64,000 nt of DNA. Origin: Candidatus Levyibacteriota bacterium (GTDB lineage: Bacteria > Patescibacteriota > Microgenomatia > Levybacterales > UBA12049). Positions 60,356-64,000 of the stretch are shown one piece after another. Below the pieces are notes generated by a model. The model worked only from the letters and a program-made list of their open reading frames with translations, had not been told where the DNA came from and ran no database searches. Location: the NCBI GenBank assembly GCA_027459725.1, contig DAIDHK010000007.1:261-64260 (forward strand), given 5' to 3'. Position 1 is the stretch's first letter; every line of letters begins with the position of its first letter. Made by a program: the position numbers and the translations under genes.

Positions 60356-63300
60356 ATGCAAACAAACATTAGACGGTTTATTTCTCTTCATTGGCCTATT
60401 ACAACATTAAGCATTCTGATACTTCTCCTCTTTATTACCAACTATATTCCTGGTACCTATCTCACTGGGTGGGACAACTTACATCCGGAATTTAATTTTT
60501 CCGCTAATATACAAAGAGCAATATTCGCCGTCTGGCAGGAATACCAAGGCTTAGGCTTACTGGGCGGTATGGGCCATGCTACAGACATTGTACATGCTGT
60601 ATTTCTGTTTATAGTCTCTTTTGTTCTCCCTCAATCTATCTTGCGCTATATCTGGACTTTCTTAATGCTTTGGCTGGGATGTATAGGAATGTATGTTCTG
60701 CTCAGACGAATAGTTTTTCAATCTCAAACTCAAAGATTATTCCCTTTTCTGGGAGCTTTGTTCTATTTATTAAACCTGGCTACCATTGAAACTTTTTATG
60801 CCCCTTTTGAGGCATTTACGGGTCATTATGCAGCACTTCCCTGGTTAATTTTTGCCTGTCTTAACTACTTTCAACAAAAATCCAAACACAGTCTGGCTCT
60901 GTTAGTCATCATTCTTTTTTTAGCCACCCCTCAAGCATATATCCCCACGTTATTTCTAGTTTTCATACTAGCGTTATCCATGTATTTGTTATTCTGGATG
61001 CTATCCAGCAGAAGCTTTCCCATAATAAGATTACTGAAGCTTTATTTAATCATTATTTTCGTCAACGCCTTCTGGTTGCTGCCTTTTCTCTATTTTGTCT
61101 TCACTAACTCACAAGTAAGTATTTCATCCAAGATTAACCAGATGTCCACCCCCACGATTTATGCCCAAAATCTTGAGTTTGGTAATCTATTTGATTTTGC
61201 CCAATTAAAAGGATTTTGGTTTAACAATGTAGATTACACAAGACATAACAACTTCAATTACATGCTCGAACCCTGGAGAAATTATAGCAATAATCCAATC
61301 TTAATTGCCCTTAGCTTACTTATCTTTGCTCTGGTTGTATTCGGACTGGTAATGGGCTTGAAAAAAGGAAAACAACAGATCTGGGGCTTTACAGGTATTT
61401 TCCTACTGGCTTTAATTGCTCTTGCCAATGACACACCACCTTTTTCCTGGATCAACGCTCTAATTCGCAATCATATCTCATTATTAAACGAAGCTCTCCG
61501 CTTTCCATACACAAAATTCTCTATTCTGGCCGCTTTTATTTTTGCGATCTTTTTTGCTCTGGGAATTCAAGCGATCTATGAATGGCTAAAAACCACCCGC
61601 CAGAAACAATTGTTAATTGTTGCTTCTATAATAACCCTCTTTATCATTTCCTTGCCGATGTTTACCGGAAATTTAATCTATACAAACGAAAAAACATCTA
61701 TTCCCCAAAGTTATTTCCAACTTTTTTCATATATGAGAACACAGGATCCTAACACTCGTATCGCCGATATGCCCCAATACACCTTCTGGGGTTGGAATTT
61801 TTATAACTGGCCAATAAACGGTATAAATCAGGTCGATGGGGGTTCTGGTTTCATCTGGTATGGCATCCAGCAGCCCATTTTAGACCGTGCCTTTGATGTG
61901 TGGTCCAAATATGATGAGAACTATTACTACGAACTCTCACAGGCGCTGTACAGCCAAAATCCTGCTGCATTTAATGACGTTCTGCAGAAATACCAAATCA
62001 ACTGGTTGTTGTGGGACAAAAATATTATTAATCCCTCTTCACCTCAGGCACTCTTTTATCCCCAATTTCAACAATTGCTCACTCAGGAGCCAAATGTTCA
62101 TTTAGTAAAAACATTCGGCAATCTGGAATTGTATAAAGTGGCTCTGACTGACAAACCTAATTCTTTTGTCTTCAGCACCCCTTCTGATCTACCCGCAGTT
62201 AATTTATACACCTGGAGTGACAATGACGTAGCTTATCAAAAGCTGGGTAATTATATATCCGTCAATCACGACAGTTCAGTTAATCTAAAATCACCCGTAA
62301 TAGATTATCCTTACCGTTCGCTTTTTAGCAAAAAAACTTCCAGTGACGAGTCGTTTAAGGTAGCCCAAACCAGTAATTCCCTAATTTTTAAAGCCATCAT
62401 CCCCGCTCATAACCAACCTTTAACCCTCAAAATTCCATCTTTTATTAGTTCTCAGCCTATTGTACCCGTCATTATTACGAGCAGTCCCAGTGCTAAAACA
62501 TTAAACGTTGATATGAAAGTATCTCCACCTGTTGTCTCACTGGATAATAACAATCTATGGAGCTCTAATAGTAATCTGGACTTTAACATCTCATTGTCTT
62601 TACCTATTCCTGCCTCCCAGTCTGGTAATCCACTTGAGATGAAATTAAATGGTGTTGTGAATTATCCCGTGTCTACTACCGACAAAACAGTTAAGACTAC
62701 GTTCTTATCTCTGGAACAAAAAAATATTCTTAGTATCGCTAAAGGGTCTGTAGTCTATGCCAATGTGGTGATTCCTACTTCTTCAATCCATATTGCATCT
62801 GCTGCCTCAAGCTTAATTCCTGCCACCTCACAATCACAAACCTTAACTGTTACTTACCCCAAAATAAGCGATAAATATCTCTCCCTTATACCCGATGTCT
62901 CTAAAGGTTTTACCGGCAGCTGTGACAATTTCCGCAATGGAAATATTTCTATTTTCCCTATTAAACAACCGCAGGCAGATCTGAGAATTCAAAGCAAGAA
63001 CGCAACTGCCTGTACTTCATATTACTCCAGTACTCTTTCACATCGTTTAGGCTACATTGTGTTTATTAACAGCCAGAATATAAGTGGTAGAGGTTTGCAT
63101 TTCTGGATATTAAATGAGGACGAAAAATATGCTCCGCTTGATACATACCTTAAAGGCGATAAGAATCAATTTGAGACATTTATTCTACCTCCCCAGGATC
63201 CGTTTGGTCAGGCATATTCACTGCATTTTGATAATGTCTCCATTGGTAATCAAGTCGCCACCAATCAACTCAATGATGTTGCTATGTACACACTTCCATA

Positions 63301-63676
63301 TAATTTCTTAACCAATCTTGTATTACAATCCTCTCCCTACAACAAACCCGTCATCAATAACCAGGTAATTACAAGCGTTAATCATACCAATCCTTCCAGT
63401 TATACCATTACCACAAAAAACAACCAACCTTTCATCCTGGCACTGTCTCAAAGTTATGACCAAGGCTGGGTCGCTTTTGCAAACGGCAAGGCGCTAAATA
63501 CTCATTTGGAATTAAACAACTGGGAAAACGGCTGGCTTATCACCCCTGTTTCCAATCAATCTACTCAAGCTATTACGATCATCTACTTACCTCAGTATTT
63601 GGAATATGCAGGCTGGATCTGTCTGGCAATTTTACTTGGAATAATTGGCATTAAAAGCTTGATCAAAAGTCACTAA
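60356..63676 (+). CDS. Large GT-C-like membrane protein (AftD/YfhO-like) with large extracellular domain and C-terminal TM
   Basis: GWDNLHPE, many TM segments, LRFPYTKF, IPQSYFQL, LSQSYDQGW, NNWENGW. Confidence 0.7.
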   Translation: MQTNIRRFISLHWPITTLSILILLLFITNYIPGTYLTGWDNLHPEFNFSANIQRAIFAVWQEYQGLGLLGGMGHATDIVHAVFLFIVSFVLPQSILRYIWTFLMLWLGCIGMYVLLRRIVFQSQTQRLFPFLGALFYLLNLATIETFYAPFEAFTGHYAALPWLIFACLNYFQQKSKHSLALLVIILFLATPQAYIPTLFLVFILALSMYLLFWMLSSRSFPIIRLLKLYLIIIFVNAFWLLPFLYFVFTNSQVSISSKINQMSTPTIYAQNLEFGNLFDFAQLKGFWFNNVDYTRHNNFNYMLEPWRNYSNNPILIALSLLIFALVVFGLVMGLKKGKQQIWGFTGIFLLALIALANDTPPFSWINALIRNHISLLNEALRFPYTKFSILAAFIFAIFFALGIQAIYEWLKTTRQKQLLIVASIITLFIISLPMFTGNLIYTNEKTSIPQSYFQLFSYMRTQDPNTRIADMPQYTFWGWNFYNWPINGINQVDGGSGFIWYGIQQPILDRAFDVWSKYDENYYYELSQALYSQNPAAFNDVLQKYQINWLLWDKNIINPSSPQALFYPQFQQLLTQEPNVHLVKTFGNLELYKVALTDKPNSFVFSTPSDLPAVNLYTWSDNDVAYQKLGNYISVNHDSSVNLKSPVIDYPYRSLFSKKTSSDESFKVAQTSNSLIFKAIIPAHNQPLTLKIPSFISSQPIVPVIITSSPSAKTLNVDMKVSPPVVSLDNNNLWSSNSNLDFNISLSLPIPASQSGNPLEMKLNGVVNYPVSTTDKTVKTTFLSLEQKNILSIAKGSVVYANVVIPTSSIHIASAASSLIPATSQSQTLTVTYPKISDKYLSLIPDVSKGFTGSCDNFRNGNISIFPIKQPQADLRIQSKNATACTSYYSSTLSHRLGYIVFINSQNISGRGLHFWILNEDEKYAPLDTYLKGDKNQFETFILPPQDPFGQAYSLHFDNVSIGNQVATNQLNDVAMYTLPYNFLTNLVLQSSPYNKPVINNQVITSVNHTNPSSYTITTKNNQPFILALSQSYDQGWVAFANGKALNTHLELNNWENGWLITPVSNQSTQAITIIYLPQYLEYAGWICLAILLGIIGIKSLIKSH

Positions 63677-63703
63677 ATTTTCTATCCCACATAATCCTTT
63701 ACA

Positions 63704-63732
63704 TTGACATGATATACATCATGATGTATACT
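63704..63732 (+). promoter_or_regulatory. Promoter with an overlapping perfect 18-bp palindromic operator
   Basis: TTGACA-17-TATACT; TATACATCATGATGTATA at 63713-63730. Confidence 0.8.
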
Positions 63733-63740
63733 TTCATCAG

Positions 63741-64000
63741 ATGATACGAACACAGATTTACCTTACTCCCAAACAATACGATCTATTAAAAAAGAAGGCA
63801 CACGCTGAGAATACGACAATTTCCCAGGCCATTCGGGCAACACTGGATATGAAATTACAAACTACAACCGACAGTCAAGCAAAGAAGAAACAACCCAATC
63901 TGGGAGAATGGCTTCATTCAATTGCAAAAAGAGCTGAAGAAAGGCATATAAAGGGTCCAAAAGATCTCTCTACTAACGTTGATAAGTACCTTTATGGCGA
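63741..64000 (+). CDS. Ribbon-helix-helix (CopG-like) antitoxin, truncated by the window end
   Basis: MIRTQIYLTPKQYDLLKKKAHAENTTISQAIR...GPKDLSTNVDKYLYG; not in the ORF track. Confidence 0.85.
   Translation, partial: MIRTQIYLTPKQYDLLKKKAHAENTTISQAIRATLDMKLQTTTDSQAKKKQPNLGEWLHSIAKRAEERHIKGPKDLSTNVDKYLYG

Overview
AT-rich bacterial chromosome segment. The gene content and style (leaderless genes, sortase plus TPPTG-tagged DUF11 proteins, VirD4-like ATPase, GT-C membrane proteins, giant surface proteins) suggest a CPR/Patescibacteria, Microgenomates-like genome; this is inference. Housekeeping genes: mreB, ndk, argS, leuS, rho, four tRNAs and many glycosyltransferases. Three things stand out. 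(1) A ~1.85-kb GC-rich cassette (53.37-55.20 kb) whose ends are complementary. It has heavily base-paired 5' and 3' flanks around a secreted-protein ORF and ends in a complete type III hammerhead ribozyme. (2) An F1-type ATPase operon (b, delta, alpha, gamma, beta, epsilon) with no a subunit. Its only c-like subunit lacks the ion-binding carboxylate and is fused to an extracellular tail-spike-chaperone-like domain. (3) Two giant single-pass membrane proteins that join a cytoplasmic DNA-binding head to phage-tail-fibre-like exterior repeats. One has a MerR/BldC-like HTH (over 2360 aa, missed by the ORF track); the other has tandem integrase core-binding domains and shares the chaperone-like domain with the c-like subunit. 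Also present: a dif-like 11-6-11 site, a catalytically dead PIN protein, a frameshifted AbiEii toxin and several toxin-antitoxin modules. All calls come from reading the sequence by eye; no database search was run.
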